From Vicugna vicugna (Eukaryota), in assembly GCA_013265495.1 (NCBI GenBank), contig MU058645.1, forward strand, positions 970,995-1,034,994: a stretch of 64,000 nucleotides of DNA, given 5' to 3'. Of the stretch, positions 36,943-50,339 are shown in pieces. The notes under the pieces are model-generated. The model did no database searches and had not been told where the DNA came from. It saw nothing but the letters and a program-made list of their open reading frames with translations. Each line of letters starts with the position of its first letter. Within the stretch, counting starts at the first letter, position 1. A program made the position numbers and the translations under genes.

Positions 36943-37165
36943 GGCAGTCAGATGGGCGTGGCCTTGTGAGGGGCAGTCAGGTGGGCGTGGCCTTGTGAGG
37001 GGCAGTCAGATGGGCATGGCTTGTGAGGGGAAGTCAGATGGGCGTGGCCTTGTGAGGGGCAGTCAGGTGGGCGTGGCCTTGTGAGGGGCAGTCAGATGGG
37101 CATGGCTTGTGAGGGGAAGTCAGGTGGGCGTGGCCTTGTGAGGGGCAGTCAGTTGGGTGTGGCTG
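36943..37165 (+). repeat. 28-29 bp GC-rich minisatellite, ~7.7 copies
   Basis: Unit GGCAGTCAG(A/G)TGGGCGTGGCCTTGTGAGG directly repeated with no spacers. Confidence 0.95.
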
Positions 37166-38749
37166 TGGGCAACTTTGCAGCAGGTCAGTGGTGCCAGGCT
37201 GGACCCTGCCTCACCTCTCCACAGTGGGGTCCCATCTCAGCCTCCCCCTGCCTTCTCTTCTAAACCCTGTCCATTGGAAAGATAAATCAAGTTATTCACA
37301 CCTAGGATATAATGGGCGATAAGGACTAAAATGTGTCCTATCCCAGGGGGGGATTTGCATTTTACTGAAAGACTAAACTTTCATCCACAGCACTGGACGC
37401 TGCAAGAGAACTTTTAGGAGCCAGAGAAAACTAAGGTGTTAGTGGAGTGGATATAAGGGTTGAGATCAGGGGACCAGGCAGAGCCTTGGCCCACGGGAAC
37501 CATCCAGGGCTTCTGCTTCCCTGACGGCCACCCCAGCATCCTTGCCTTCCCTGGACCTGGGAAGAGAATAAGGAAGGGGACAGGGTAGGTTAAATTTTAT
37601 TTCAACCTCATTTTCATCAGCAGATTCAACTTGCACATGAAAAACTTTTGCCTGCACTGATGTTAATTAATGCAAATTAATAGTAAAATGATTATGACAT
37701 AAACAAGGGGGCTGAGACCTGAATTTGACAAAAAACTAATTGGGATTTTATTATTCTGTGATATACTAAAGAAAATGCATTTTAAAGTATATCAGGATAT
37801 TTTGATTTAGAATAGTTCCAGAATGACCGAACAGGCTATCTAGAACTTCAATTTCTGTTTTTAAATATTCAGGGAAATCCTTATAAATCATTTACATCAA
37901 AAAGAGGTCTTAGCAATTCCCACAGGACCCACTAGTTGCTGCAACCTTAAGATGCCTGTTTCTCAGTGTTTTACTCAATTAACTCCATAAGCTTTCATTT
38001 GGCCTCACAGCAACAGCATTAATGAAATGCGAGCTTGTGCCCAGATATCAATTGTCTGCTTCCTGCCCAGACACTGTGGTTTCGCATCAGCCCTTCTCAG
38101 AGGCGGTCACTCTTCGAACGCTAACACAAAATCCTCATTAATTTTATTGCTTGAAGTAACGCTGCAGGGAGTGCTGCGGCCGGGGTCGCCCCCCTCCCAG
38201 GTTACCAAGTCCCTGCAAGGGTGAGTGAAAATGCAGCGAAAACAGCGACAGTCTCCTGGCTCCTGCTGGAACAGGGACCAGGACCGTCGGTGTGGTGTGT
38301 CCAAGCTCGTCAGCCCGGGATGAAAGTAGATTTGCTGTAGGTCACAGCTGTCTGCCCGCCCCCCCGAGTCCTCACCTCCAAGTCTATAAAATGAAGTCTG
38401 TAGCCCCCTCGATAAGATGCAGCTGCACTGACACACAGCTCTCACCTAAGATGGGGCAGCCAGCAGCTGTGGTCTTTCTCACAGCAGTGTTACAGTGAAA
38501 CGCCCACTGAGAGGAGCAAGTGTGCTGAAGGGTAATTCAGGAGGCATCTGAAGATGCTCTTACTCTCTCACGTGCACAGTGGCCTAACACCTGCGGTAAG
38601 CAGGGGGGATTTTGGACAGGTGAGTGGACCAAGGTCCATCATGACAAGGCAGCCCATTGCCCACTGCCCCAGGCTGCCATGGACACACTGAGTCCGCACT
38701 GCTAACCTGCAGTTCCCAGATGTGAAGGCGCCGTGACCGGCCAAGCGTG

Positions 38750-39200
38750 CTTCCTGCTCTCACGATGCTGACATTCTAGTGGGAAGAAGCAGGGATGAAC
38801 TAGCAAATCGGCCATGAGATCAGCTAGAGGTGAGTGCTCTGACAGGTAAGCTGGGTGATGCAGTGGGGCTCACTTCAAAGGCTGTTTTAGGCACCAGGGA
38901 GGAGGAGACGGTGGACCTGAGACCACATGGCGGGGAGGGAGCTACGTGAGCATCGGGAGGAAGTTTTGGTCAAGGCCCTTGACTGCAGGAGTCCTCACAT
39001 GGGAGTGAGTGTGGCACTGTGGAGTCACAGTGGGAGCTGCAGGGTGTAGAGCCCAGGGAGCGAGAGGGAGAGCGGGCCCAGGTGGGGTCCTGGGTGGAGT
39101 TCCAGGGGCAGCCAGGTGGGTGTCAGAGCAGGCAGGCAGCTGGATATGAGCAGAGAAAGGGAGTCATTGGCCAAATGGCAGGAAACCATACATCATGTGA
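38750..39200 (-). mobile_element. L2 fragment
   Basis: 'cctgctctcacgatgctgacattctagtggg', 'ggacctgagaccacatgg' and 'ggagtgagtg'. Confidence 0.5.
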
Positions 39201-39639
39201 ACAACAGGGGTCCTTGGGCAGACCAAGAAAAGCAGGAACCTCCTGACGGACAAGAAACCAGACATTCTGGGTTGACAGGTGTCCTGGAGGCAGACAAAGA
39301 CAAGTGGGACAAGACAGAAACCTCCACCAGTGGAATGTAACCTTTTGTTCATTATGATCTCAAGATTAAATAAGGTCAAAAAAAATCTCTCCTCCCCTCT
39401 AAGGTGGGGCTGGGATGAAGATCAGGAAAGACGACCCCAAGCCCCGCCCAGCCAATGAATACCCTGCCCGTTCGTGTTGACACCCGTATAGCCAGCCTGC
39501 CAAAGCTACCCGCCTGGGTCTGCCCTCTCCCCTTGAGAGCACACTGTCTGCCCCTCAGCAAATCCTTGCTTTGCTCTCTTGACTTCCGTGTCTCGTTTCT
39601 GAATTCTGTCACAAAACAAGAAGCTGCTCTCCGACAACA

Positions 39640-40230
39640 CAGCCGGGGTCCCAGGTGGGGTCCCGGGTGGGCTCCAGGGAGTTCCAGGTAGAGTCCAGGT
39701 GGGCTCCCGTGTCGGGCCCCGGACGGGGTCTGGGCGGGGTCCCCGCCAAGGCCTGCCCTCGGCCTGGGTGTTCACGCTTCACAGCAGCCAGCGGAGGGCT
39801 GAAGCAGGAGGGCGACCGGCCCATTGTTTCTAGGAAGCTCCGTCCAGCCCCGTCCAGCTGCGGTGCGGGAGCGGGGCGCGCGGGGAGCGGGGAGGAGGCC
39901 CGCGCCCCACGCCCCGCTGCCTCCGGGCCGCGCGAGCACGGCCTGTTCGCGGGCGGCGCCCACCGACTCGGGTGACACGTGGTCGTTTCACAGGCAGTTC
40001 GGTCTGATGCCCGCAGGCCCAGGCCCGCAGAGTCAGGCAGCAGATAGAAGCAGCGGCCCGGGTTCCTCAGAAACCTCCTCCCGCCGAGACTCAGAGGGTC
40101 TCCTGGCTCTCATGTCGCCCCCTCACTGGAAAAGGCCAATAAATAAGCCGGGAACCCAGAGGTTTCCTGCCCTCTGCGTGGCTAACAAAGAAAGAAGGAG
40201 GGAAAAATTAAGCACGTGAACAGACACGTG
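39640..40230. promoter_or_regulatory. CpG island with a CACGTG E-box cluster
   Basis: Dense CpG 39700-40030; CACGTG at 39976-39981, 40213-40218 and 40225-40230; CCAAT at ~40136. Confidence 0.6.
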
Positions 40231-42799
40231 ATCTTACTCATCAGAAGTCCAAGAGGGTTTCCCATCAGACCTCTGGAGTCGGCTCACATTGCAACGTTGC
40301 TACTGGAGGCTAGTCTCTCTCCAGGGCCTCTTAGCCACCAGCGTGACTTTTCCAGGGAAAGGAAGCAGAGGGCCTGAGAGATGAAGTTCCAGGGGATGGA
40401 GAGAGCAGGGACTCAGGGATGGGGCAGGCGAGGTGACACTGAGGAAGGGGCTGCCCATCGCCCTTGTGAGGCTGTGGAGTTGCTCCCACCACGTCTCTTC
40501 CAGCCCGGGGTACCTCACACAGGATTGCTGTCCAGTGCTGATCAGCCAGCCTTCGCTAGAACTGGGGGGCAACGTGCAGCCACGTGCATGGGGCCCCGGG
40601 TGTCACAGCACCCTCAGACAGAACCCCTCGCTCCTGTGTCCGAAGTGTATGTCTGTATTCTCTCTCCCAGCAAGGAGAACTGCATCCAGGCTGCCCGGCC
40701 CCCGCTGCATCAGGGGACTGGACGATGAATTGACATTTTCTAAATAGCCTTTGCTCCACCTTTGATTAGAAACTATCTTTAATTGAAACACCACATCAGA
40801 ATTCCGAGCCAATTTCATCCTGGCTCTCTTAAGTGCTTGGTACAAAACATTAACTCCGGAATCTTATTACACATTTGCAACTCCTGTGACAAATATAAAT
40901 GATAATTTAGCTCTAATGCCTTCTTGAGCAAGCCATCCTTTTAAAGGCTCATGGATAATAGCAACTGACTGAGGGGAATGTCAAAGTGTTGGATTTATCT
41001 GTCTCTTTAATTTTTGCACAGAGTTAGCGCTGGAACAGCAGCGGGCTAAACAAATCATCACAGAGCACACATCTGACAGCTCCAGCCAGCGTTCGCCTGG
41101 AAACCTGCATTGTCCCCGCGAGTCCAAGTCCTTAGGGACCAACAACAGGTGGGTGGAGAGGAGCGACTCTGGTAGAGGACAAAAGGCAGGTTCAGAATCG
41201 TGTTGCTCACTTGCTCGAGGACAGCCTCAGAGGCCGTGCATTCCAGGGTCGGGGAGGAGCCCTCCAGAGAGGGGACCTGGACAGCTCGGGCACCGCAGAC
41301 TTGAGGGGCAGTAAGTGAGCTTTAGCTCTTCAACTGGTCACATTTCCCTAGCTGTGCCCACGTGGCACTGCTAATACCCGCAGCCCCTCCTACCTGGACA
41401 GCCGTGCTTTGTACCCCGGAGCTCACTCCTCCGGCCTCCGGGGCTGGACCACGGTGGGCCCTTCACTGGGACCAAGAGCGTCAGTTCCTCCGGCTCCTGG
41501 GTAGGTAGCCTGAGACGAACCCACAGCTCCACGCAGACAGGGGCAAACTGCTCCAAGCCGACGCTCAGGGAGAAAACAGGAGTGAGGACACGCAGACCCA
41601 GACAGGGGCCAGTGGAGGCTGCCCCGGGCAGGAGGTGGAGAGGTCACGAGGTGGAGAATGGGCCGCGGGAGCCAGGATCAAGCTGAAGGCTAGAGATAAC
41701 CCACACTGGCCTGTGGGAAAGCCCTGATTCAGGAGAGGGATGGAGCAGGCCCTGAGCGGAGGCAGCAAGGCGGGTGGGAGGCTGCCCCCTGATAGTGGGG
41801 AAGACAAGTTCTTTAGACCCTTCCTGTTCCCGGTTCCAGGAGTCTCGGCGTGAAGTTTCCCATTTGGGGATTTTCATACAATTTCACTGTCCTCATCCCA
41901 AGTGCAGCCTCATAGCACATTACTGCACTGTCGGGTAGCCCAAGTGATGGTGATATTAGACAGCGGCATTGTTAAAATGTAATTTAAAAGAACTAAAAGT
42001 TACCAAAATGGCAATAACAACAACAATTTGTGTGCGTTGGCAGGGGTGGAATTTTACTGACTCACAATTCCGGGAGTCGCTTCTCCTTCGGGGAGCCCTT
42101 CCCTCCTCCCCGAGTCGTCCTCCACCTCCCTTGTCCTCTCTCTGCTCCACCCCCTCCTGGACACGCCCCTCTTAATGCGCCCACCACCTTGTTTGAGGAT
42201 TCCTCCTCTCTGTGCTTGAGTTTCTCCAAGGCAGAGACCCGGTAGGTTGCACCCCACCCTCGGCAACCAGAACAGCAGGAAGTGCAGGCACCACACAGTG
42301 TGTTACAGGTGGACATTGGAAAATAACGCCAGAAACTTGACAGCTAGTAATTTTTTTTATATTTCTCCCCATATGTGCTATGGACAATTTATTTAAAATT
42401 TTTAGCAAAAAGTAAAATTCCTTTCTTGATGAAACTTTAGCTCCTGGATGTACCAAGTGTTTTGATGTAACTTTAACATGACCATTTCCCACTTCAAATG
42501 TTAGAAATGGTGCAGGTTCCAAGCCAAGTTAGAGCCCTCCTGAGAATGTTTGAATTTAGTAATCGCCACCCTTGGACTAATGATAAAAAGGATCTATACA
42601 TTATGCGTTGTAAAACTGCTAAACTTTTAAATTCTTCCTCTTTTTCTAATTCACTGATTTTTTAAATAGAGTGATGCTAACTTTCTTAGCCTTTATCCTC
42701 TTTTCAGTGGGTCCAATGAAGAGCCCTTGGAAGTAGATCTGAGCTTCCAAGTTCAGATTCAGTCATGTTAGCAGCACCACTAATGCTTGTATGATCTTT

Positions 42800-44240
42800 T
42801 TCTCCCGTCTTTACTGAGATGTAATTGACGCATAACCTTGTGTAAGTGATGTGATGATTTAACAACGTATGTGTTGCAAAGTGATTACCACAATAAGATT
42901 AGTTAACATGTTGGTCATCTCACTGTTACCTTTTTGTGTGTGATGAAAACTCTCTTAGCAACTCCCAAGTATTGCTAACTCTTGTCACCGTGCTGTGCAT
43001 TACATCCCCAGAACTTACTCATCTTATAACTGGAAGTTCGCATCCTTTGACCACTGCATCCATTTTCCCCACCTCATCGTTCTGCCCTTGGCAATGACCA
43101 ATCTACACTCTGTTTCTATGTTTTCAGGTTATTGGGTTTTTTTTGTTGTTTTTTAAGATTCCACATATAAGTGAGATCACACAGTATTTGTCTTTCTCTG
43201 TCTGACTTACCTCACTTAGCATAACGCCCTCAAGTTCCATCCAGGTTGTAGCAAACGGCAGCATTTCCTCCTTCTTCACAGCTGAATGCTATTCCATTGC
43301 ATACAGATACCATGCCTTCTTTATCCATTCACCTATCACAGGACACTGAGGTTGTTTCCATGTTTGGGCTCTTGTGATTAATGCTGCAATGAACATGGGG
43401 ATGCAGTTATTTCAAGATTATGNNNNNNNNNNNNNNNNNNNNNNNNNNNNNNNNNNNNNNNNNNNNNNNNNNNNNNNNNNNNNNNNNNNNNNNNNNNNNN
43501 NNNNNNNNNNNNNNNNNNNNNNNNNNNNNNNNNNNNNNNNNNNNNNNNNNNNNNNNNNNNNNNNNNNNNNNNNNNTTTTGATGCTAGCCGTTCTGACAGG
43601 TGTAAGGTGATGTCTCATTGTGATTTTGATCTGCATTTCCTGGGTGATTAGTGATGCTGAGCATCTTTTCACGGACATGTTGGCCATCTGTGTGTCTTCT
43701 TTGGGAAAATGCCTTTTCAGATTCTTTCTCCATTTTTAAATTGGATTATTTGGGTATTTTTCTATTGAGTTGTAAGACTTCCTTTTACGTTTTGGATATT
43801 AACCCCTTCTCGATGCATGATTTGCAAATACTGCCTTTGATTCAGTAGGCTGCCTTTTGACTTTGTTGATATTTTCCTTTGCTGTCCAGAGCTCTTCAGT
43901 GTGTTACAGTCCCTGTTTATTTTTGCTTTTACTGCTTGTGCACTTGGTGTTAGATGTGAAAAAAATCACTGCCAAAACCGATGTTAGGGAGGTTTTCTCT
44001 ATTTTTTTTCTTTTATTTATTATTTAATTATCTTATTTTGGCAGTGGTGGGAAGGTAATTAGGTTTATTGATTTTTAGAGGAGGTACTGAGGATTGAACC
44101 CAGGACCCCGTGCATGCCAAGCATGCACTCTACCACTTGAGCTATACCCTCCCCCTTCCCTATGTTTTCTTCAAGAAGTTTTGTGGTTTCAGGTCTTACA
44201 TTTAAGTGTTTAATCCATTTCAAGCTAATTTTGTGAGTTG
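42800..44240 (-). mobile_element. 5'-truncated L1 (N gap 43423-43575) carrying a nested SINE
   Basis: L1 3' UTR 'ttactgagatgtaattgac...agattccacatataagtgagatcacacagtatttgtctttctctgtctgactt' and ORF2 end. Confidence 0.9.
44040..44158 (-). mobile_element. Camelid-type tRNA-derived SINE inserted in L1
   Basis: 'ggaggtactgaggattgaacccaggacc...ctctaccacttgagctataccctcccc'. Confidence 0.85.
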
Positions 44241-45674
44241 CATGAACTTCTTTATCACAAACTTCTTTTTATAATAAAGAGAAACAGAGGAAATGTATAG
44301 ATACACATTATGTTTGCTATTAGATGCTGATATTAAATAGGTGAGAAGCCTTGACCTGCACGTGTCCAGAAGCAAACTTCACACCAGGGTTTCACTCTGA
44401 ACTTTCAACCTTGTGACTTCCACCAAGCCACTCATCTCCGCGCGTGTAAACACTGCCCAAGCTCTGTGATCCATTCACCCAGTCATCTCTGCGTATGCAA
44501 ACACTGCCTGAGCATAGTCCAGCTCTGTGGTCCATTCACCCATTAACCGTAGCTCATCCTCTTTCATGCCCTCTCCCCCAGCCCATCCATCTGCTGTCGT
44601 CTTCATGTTCCCCTTCCATTTGGATCACTTAGGTCCCTGTTCCATTGCAAGCCAAGTCTCTGCATCAGGAGAGCAGCGAGACTTTCAACCGGGATGTCAG
44701 TTCTAGAGGGTGACGGCCTGGAGCGCTGAATGAGAAGGATTCTGATGTCCCGCCAGAATTCCACTGAAAGATGCCACTGCAGCCACATATACATGCTCGT
44801 CCTGTGATGCCCATAAACCAGAAGGAGTTCATTGGTGGCCTCCATGCAAATACATTCAGTCTCAAGTGTGAGAGGAGGATAAAAGGAAGGAAAGGAAATG
44901 GTTATTCTTAAAACGCTTTAGGAATTAAAGAAAGAAAAAAGCTCACACAGTAACCTTACTCTTGGTCCCAGAAAATTTGAATTTCAAGAGGATAAAAATA
45001 GGCATTATGTCTAATTTTAGCTCATTTCTTTCCAAGGGATTCTCTCTCTAACAATTTTATTTTAGGTGCCACTTTTTTCCTCAATACCATATTTGAAAGT
45101 GATCTGGCTTTCTTAAGGATCTTCCCAGCCCCTGTCAGTGGGCAGGCATTGTATGAAGTCCGGCTTGGCTGTCAGGTGGATAGACTGTTCAGTGAACATC
45201 AGTTCAGGAAAAAAGAAAAAAGGAAAAAAGAAGATTTTGATTCTATAACGAGGAGAGAGTAGCGGATTTCTGTTCTAAAAAGGCAGCACCTTGGGAACTT
45301 TTTAAAAACGAAAATCCCCTTCCATGCCCATACTTAGTTTCCTGTTCCCAACAAGGGAACTGAAAATTCAGACTGTGAGAAATGAAATCAAATTTTGAAA
45401 TGATTTCTTATGAAATACCTTTGCCTGCCCAGAGGCAGGAATGGATATACCAGCTTAAATTGTTCCTCAAAAATTGCTGTGCCTGCTTCTTCTTACCCCG
45501 CCTCTTTCTTCTGCTTCCTCTGCCTTTTATTCCTCCCTTATGATTTTATTTAAGATATCATTTTCTCTTTAAAAATGGTGATTTACATAAACACACAATT
45601 TTACATAGTACACCAGCCCTTGGTCTTTTTCTCTTTTTTTTCCTTTCCTTTCCCTTTCTCTCTTTTCCCTCCTT

Positions 45675-46040
45675 GGTAGACAGAATAATGTTCCCCCCCA
45701 AAGATGTCCACATCTTAATCCCCAAAATCTTGTGAATGTTACTTTACATAACAGAAGGGACTTTGCAGACATGATTAATTAAAAACCTTGAGATGGGGAG
45801 ACTCTCCTGGATTATCCAAGTGGGCCCAGTGTAGTCCCCAGGGTCTTTATGAGAAAGAGGCAAGAGGGTCAGAGTCGGAGAGGAGACATGAGGACAGAAG
45901 GAGAAGTCAGAAAGGAGAGACGGTGCTGCGCCACTGGCTTTGAAGATGAAGGAAGAGGTCATGAGAAGGAAATGCAGGCCACCTGCACACCCTGGAAAAA
46001 TCAAGGAAGCGAACTCTCTTTCTGGCACTCCAGGCTGAGT
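45675..46040 (+). mobile_element. MLT1D-like LTR
   Basis: 'tggtagacagaataatgttccccccaaagatgtccacatcttaatccc...gggactttgcagac...ctggctttgaagatgaaggaagagg'. Confidence 0.85.
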
Positions 46041-46479
46041 AGGCATGCGGTCCGCCTTCCAAGTTTCTGCAGGAGTGGTTGTAGCAAATGGTGGCCACAG
46101 TACAATCAGCCACCAGCTCTTCAGCGATCTGTTTCCTCAAATGATTGACCTTGAACGCTTACCTTGGACAGTTATGTGTACAAGAAGTAAACTTTGACCT
46201 AGTATAAGCCATTGGTTTCTTCTTTAGAGCAGCTTGTGCTACCCCAGCTAACACAGAAATTGTGACCTTGCAATGAGGTGTGCAAAAAACTAAGATATGT
46301 GACATGGTTGTAATGGTCAGGTTATAGGTGGCAAAGAAATTGATGTAGTGAGCTGGTTCTGGGGACCAGGAAGAAGTCTCCACCCATGACATCAACAACA
46401 CTGTAGGCTTCTAAATACTTTCTCAGTGTTCAGATAATTGCACTCACATGTATTTATGACATCCACGTACCTGTGCATA

Positions 46480-49400
46480 GGTAGCGAAGGGTTTAGTGAC
46501 TTTTCTAATCAAAGGGAACTCATATCATAGAGAGTTTCTCCTTTCACACTCAACAATATGCTGTAAAATCCTTCCAATTCTGTATAATTCTACTTTTTTG
46601 TACAGCTGCATATTATTCCAAGTGATTTTACTGTAGCCCATTTCATCATTTCTCTGCGTCTGCATCTCCATCCAGCTTTACCAGTGCGCTGTTGTAAGAA
46701 CCCCTTTATGAGTATTCTTACAGATGGATGCTTTGTTTCCAGGCAGAGATTCTCCACAGTGAGACTGCTGGGTTAAAGGTTCGAGAGATTTTCATTTTAA
46801 CAAATATTTCCAGTTTGTTTTCCAAAACAATTGTGAATGTTTACATTCCCACCAGCAATGCCTGGCAGTGTGTAGCCTCACGTGCTGGCTGGCAGCCTTG
46901 TTTTTGTTTTTTGCCCAGCTCTCTGGTGGTTGACAAATACCTGGGACTGGGCTGCCATCTTATTTCACCTTAATTTTGCATGTGATCATTTCATACTATT
47001 GTCCTTCTGGATTTGGTTTGTTTTTGTTTTTGTTTTTGTTTTTGCAGATCGTCTCTCCAAATCTCTTGCCCGTTTTTGATTGGGTTATTTACACCCATCT
47101 TGGTAATTAGTAAAAAGTCCCTGTCTATTACAGAGATTAAACCTTCTCCTCGGCCATGACTGTGTTTTGTTCATTTTTAACTGTGCTCATTTTTTCTCTT
47201 CCCACACAAAACTTTCTAATTTCTATAAAGTCACATAAGTCTACCTATTATTTTGTTGTTGCAGGGTTGCCAGATAAGAATCTCTCTCACCCCTAGACTG
47301 CCAATTTAGTCATTTATTTTTCTTGAAGTGCTTCTTTATGTTTTAATTAAATGTTTAATTCACCCAGAATTTATCTTTATGTAATGTAAGATAAGAATCT
47401 TGTGTATTTTATTTATTTTTATTTTCTTACAAATAGATGGCTGGCTGTGCCCTAACTGTGTATGTTAGGTAGTTCATTCTTTGCCCACTGAAATGAAATA
47501 CCACTTTGTCGTGTATTAAATTCTCATATATTTGAGACCTGTTTCTGGATGTGCTCCCTCCCACAGATACATGTGCTTGTTCTATGCAGCTCCCAAAGCG
47601 CTCCGAGGATGGGGGGCTCTCCGACTCCGCTGCCTGGTGGGCCAAGCCCTCCCGCCCTGTCTCCTTTTCTCAGATAGGCTCGGGCACAGTTCTCTCCCAT
47701 AGAAACACTAGGGTCACTTTACACAATTAAAGAAATTAGAAACGTTTTCTTGAACTATAGTTTAAAAATATCTTTTTATTGTGTTGTATCTTTGTGCATA
47801 TGAGTTATATAAATGTTGGGTCACTTTGACACCAAAGGTAATGATCATATGGCCCATTACACCTATAACTTGCCTTCACTGATCAAGCTTGTTTAATTGT
47901 TGATACAAAAAACTTGGATGTCCTGCAAGCATCAAGCAGCCGAGACAGTCATGTTTGAGTTGTTTTGGAGTTAACTGTGTCCAGTTCAGGCTCGAGTCCG
48001 TTAAGAATGGTTGGGACCACTGTCCCTCTAACTGGGCATGTGTGAGTGTCCACTCGGTGACATTTTGAGGGCTGAAAACTCCACCCTCAGAAAACACTAA
48101 CACAAGCGTCCCGTGATGATGCCTGTAGCTTAGTGGCACCTGCGCAGAACCACCATTATCTCACCTTTTCCTTATTTCCAATCACCTTTCCCCATGCTCG
48201 CCATGCCCCAGCTGTAGCCCCTGCACATCCCTGGCCCCCGCCTTCGGGAAGGTGGGCTGGAGATTTGTTCTCCAATCTCCTCTCCTGGCTGCCTCACGAG
48301 TAAACCGCTTCTCTGCTGGAAACCTTGGCGGCTCAGCGTCTGGCTTGTGCGTTGGGGAAAGGAGCCCGGCTCGGTAATGTCTTTTGCTTTTATTTAGTCT
48401 ATCATTTTTTTTTCTAGTTCCTTTAACCAGTTTCCTTCCATTCTCTTTGCTCGTATCAATGAACTCTGCCCCTTATTCCTATTTTCATGAAGTTCAGTAT
48501 CCCTTGTGCACCTTGCAAACTGAAATGATCTTCCATTTTTTTCCCAAATTTTCCGAGTTCCGTTTATTGCTAAATTTTTTTAAGTTGTAATTTGTGATGT
48601 TCTTTCAGAGTTGCAGCTGCCTTAGAGGGTTGTTTTTCTTTTATCCTCAATTATCCTCTGCTTTGTGGACTCTGCTTTTTTTGTCATTGATTTTTCCCTT
48701 CTGCTGAGATGCTTTCATTTTCTTTTCCTTTTCTTTACAGTATCTTTCTATGAATGCAGAGGTTTTATCATTCTTTTCTGTACGAGTTGCATTTTATTGG
48801 ACAGGCTTGCAGTAGGGGAACTCAGATCAGCTGAAGGGCTGCTGCTGCCCTCGGAGCCTCAGCGAGAGGACTGCTCCATCTGCGGCAGAATGGCAGGCCG
48901 TTTCTTTCGTGGAAGGACCTGTTCCCCACCCGCTCTCCGCACTGTTTCTGCCCTCCCTCTAGTACTCAGCCCTGCCCCGTTCATCCTTGTGTTTCCACTG
49001 ACCCCTGGGGTCACCCACTTCTTTCACGTACACCGTAGTGGCTACTGAATTGATTCTACTGATTTCTGTGGGGTTTTCCCAAAAACTGACTCATGTTTTG
49101 GAGTTTACAGGTTTCCTCTTACAGTTTAACTGAACGGTGTTCATGATTAGTGTTTTCATACACTTTCCTTGTTGCTCTGTCTGGTTTGAGGAGGAGGAGC
49201 GGGAAGGCGTCGCTGCCCCCGTACTCTGACTAGAACACGCTCATTCATCTGACCTTTCCTGTTTCGTAACAAACTTCTGGGGCCATAATTTCACCCCACT
49301 TACTGCTTTAGCTACATCATCACACTTTGATATGTGGTGCTTCTGTTAGCATTCAGTTCAAAATGTGTTCTAGTTTTTGGTATTATTCCTTATTAGATCT

Positions 49401-50300
49401 ATATGGTGTCAGTCATGTTTCTTAATTTCCAAACATACGGGGGCTTTCTGGTTGTATTTCTGTTCTTGATTTCGAGCTCGAGTGCACCACAGGCAGACGG
49501 CAGAGATGTGTCATGTCAATCCTTTTGAAGACTGACTTGGGCACAGCACACAGCTCATGAGGTGTATTCAGTTCCTGGATACAGTGTTCTAAGTAGACAT
49601 AACTGATCGATATTGTTTGTCATAATTGTTTAAATATTCTGCTTTCTATATGCCTACTTTTGTGTACCTGTTTTATTGATTCATGAGATAACAGCATTAA
49701 AGTCCGGTCTGAATGTGAGTTGGTTTCATTTTCCTGACAGTTCTGATAATTTGTATTTTAATGTCTCTGCTTCAAATTTTTAAATTATTAAAAATTGACA
49801 AATTAAACCTTTTATAATTGTTGCTAACATATCCTTTAGTCTTAAGTTGATTTTATCTTCTATAGAAACACCTGCTTTCTTTTGCTTAGAGTTTTTCTGA
49901 TATATTTCTTCCATCCTCTAACTTTCAATCTCTTTGTCTCCTGTATTTTAGCTACGTCTGTTATGAACAACATGTAGCTAGATCTTTTTTAATCCAGTGT
50001 AATAATTTTTGTGTTTCCGTTGGAGTTTTCAGTTCATTTATAATTTGTTATAACTGACAAATTTACGTTTATACCTACTGCTGGAGCTTTTCGTTCATTT
50101 ACAGTTTGTTATAACTGCTGTTCACGCTTATATCTACGGCCTTATTTTGTACCTTTTGTGTCTCCTGACTTCTTCTTTCTCTTTCTCTCTCTTTATCTTT
50201 TTTTGGGGGGTGTTCTTATTTGGATTGATTATTTTTCTCTTCCTGTGTCTTTCCTCCTCAGAATGGAAGTCACATACTTTGTAACTCTTCTGTCATTGGT
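46480..50300 (-). mobile_element. Ancient L1M/L1ME, degenerate and interrupted by an LTR
   Basis: T-rich reverse L1 signatures such as 'tttacattcccaccagcaatg' and 'cccacttactgctttagctacatcatcacactttgatatg'. Confidence 0.65.
47810..48378 (+). mobile_element. Solo ERV LTR, same family as 1360-1900
   Basis: Shared blocks 'ctgggcatgtgtgagtgtccactcggtgac' and 'ggcacctgcgcagaac'; end 'ggctcggtaat'; poly(A) position reads AGTAAA; left boundary approximate. Confidence 0.8.
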
Positions 50301-50339
50301 TGCTCTTCATGTCAACAGAAACAAACACCGAGCTCCTCT

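Noticed and set aside
36943-37165. CRISPR-like 29-bp repeat array
   Set aside because: The units are directly adjacent with no unique spacers, there are no cas genes, and the context is mammalian.
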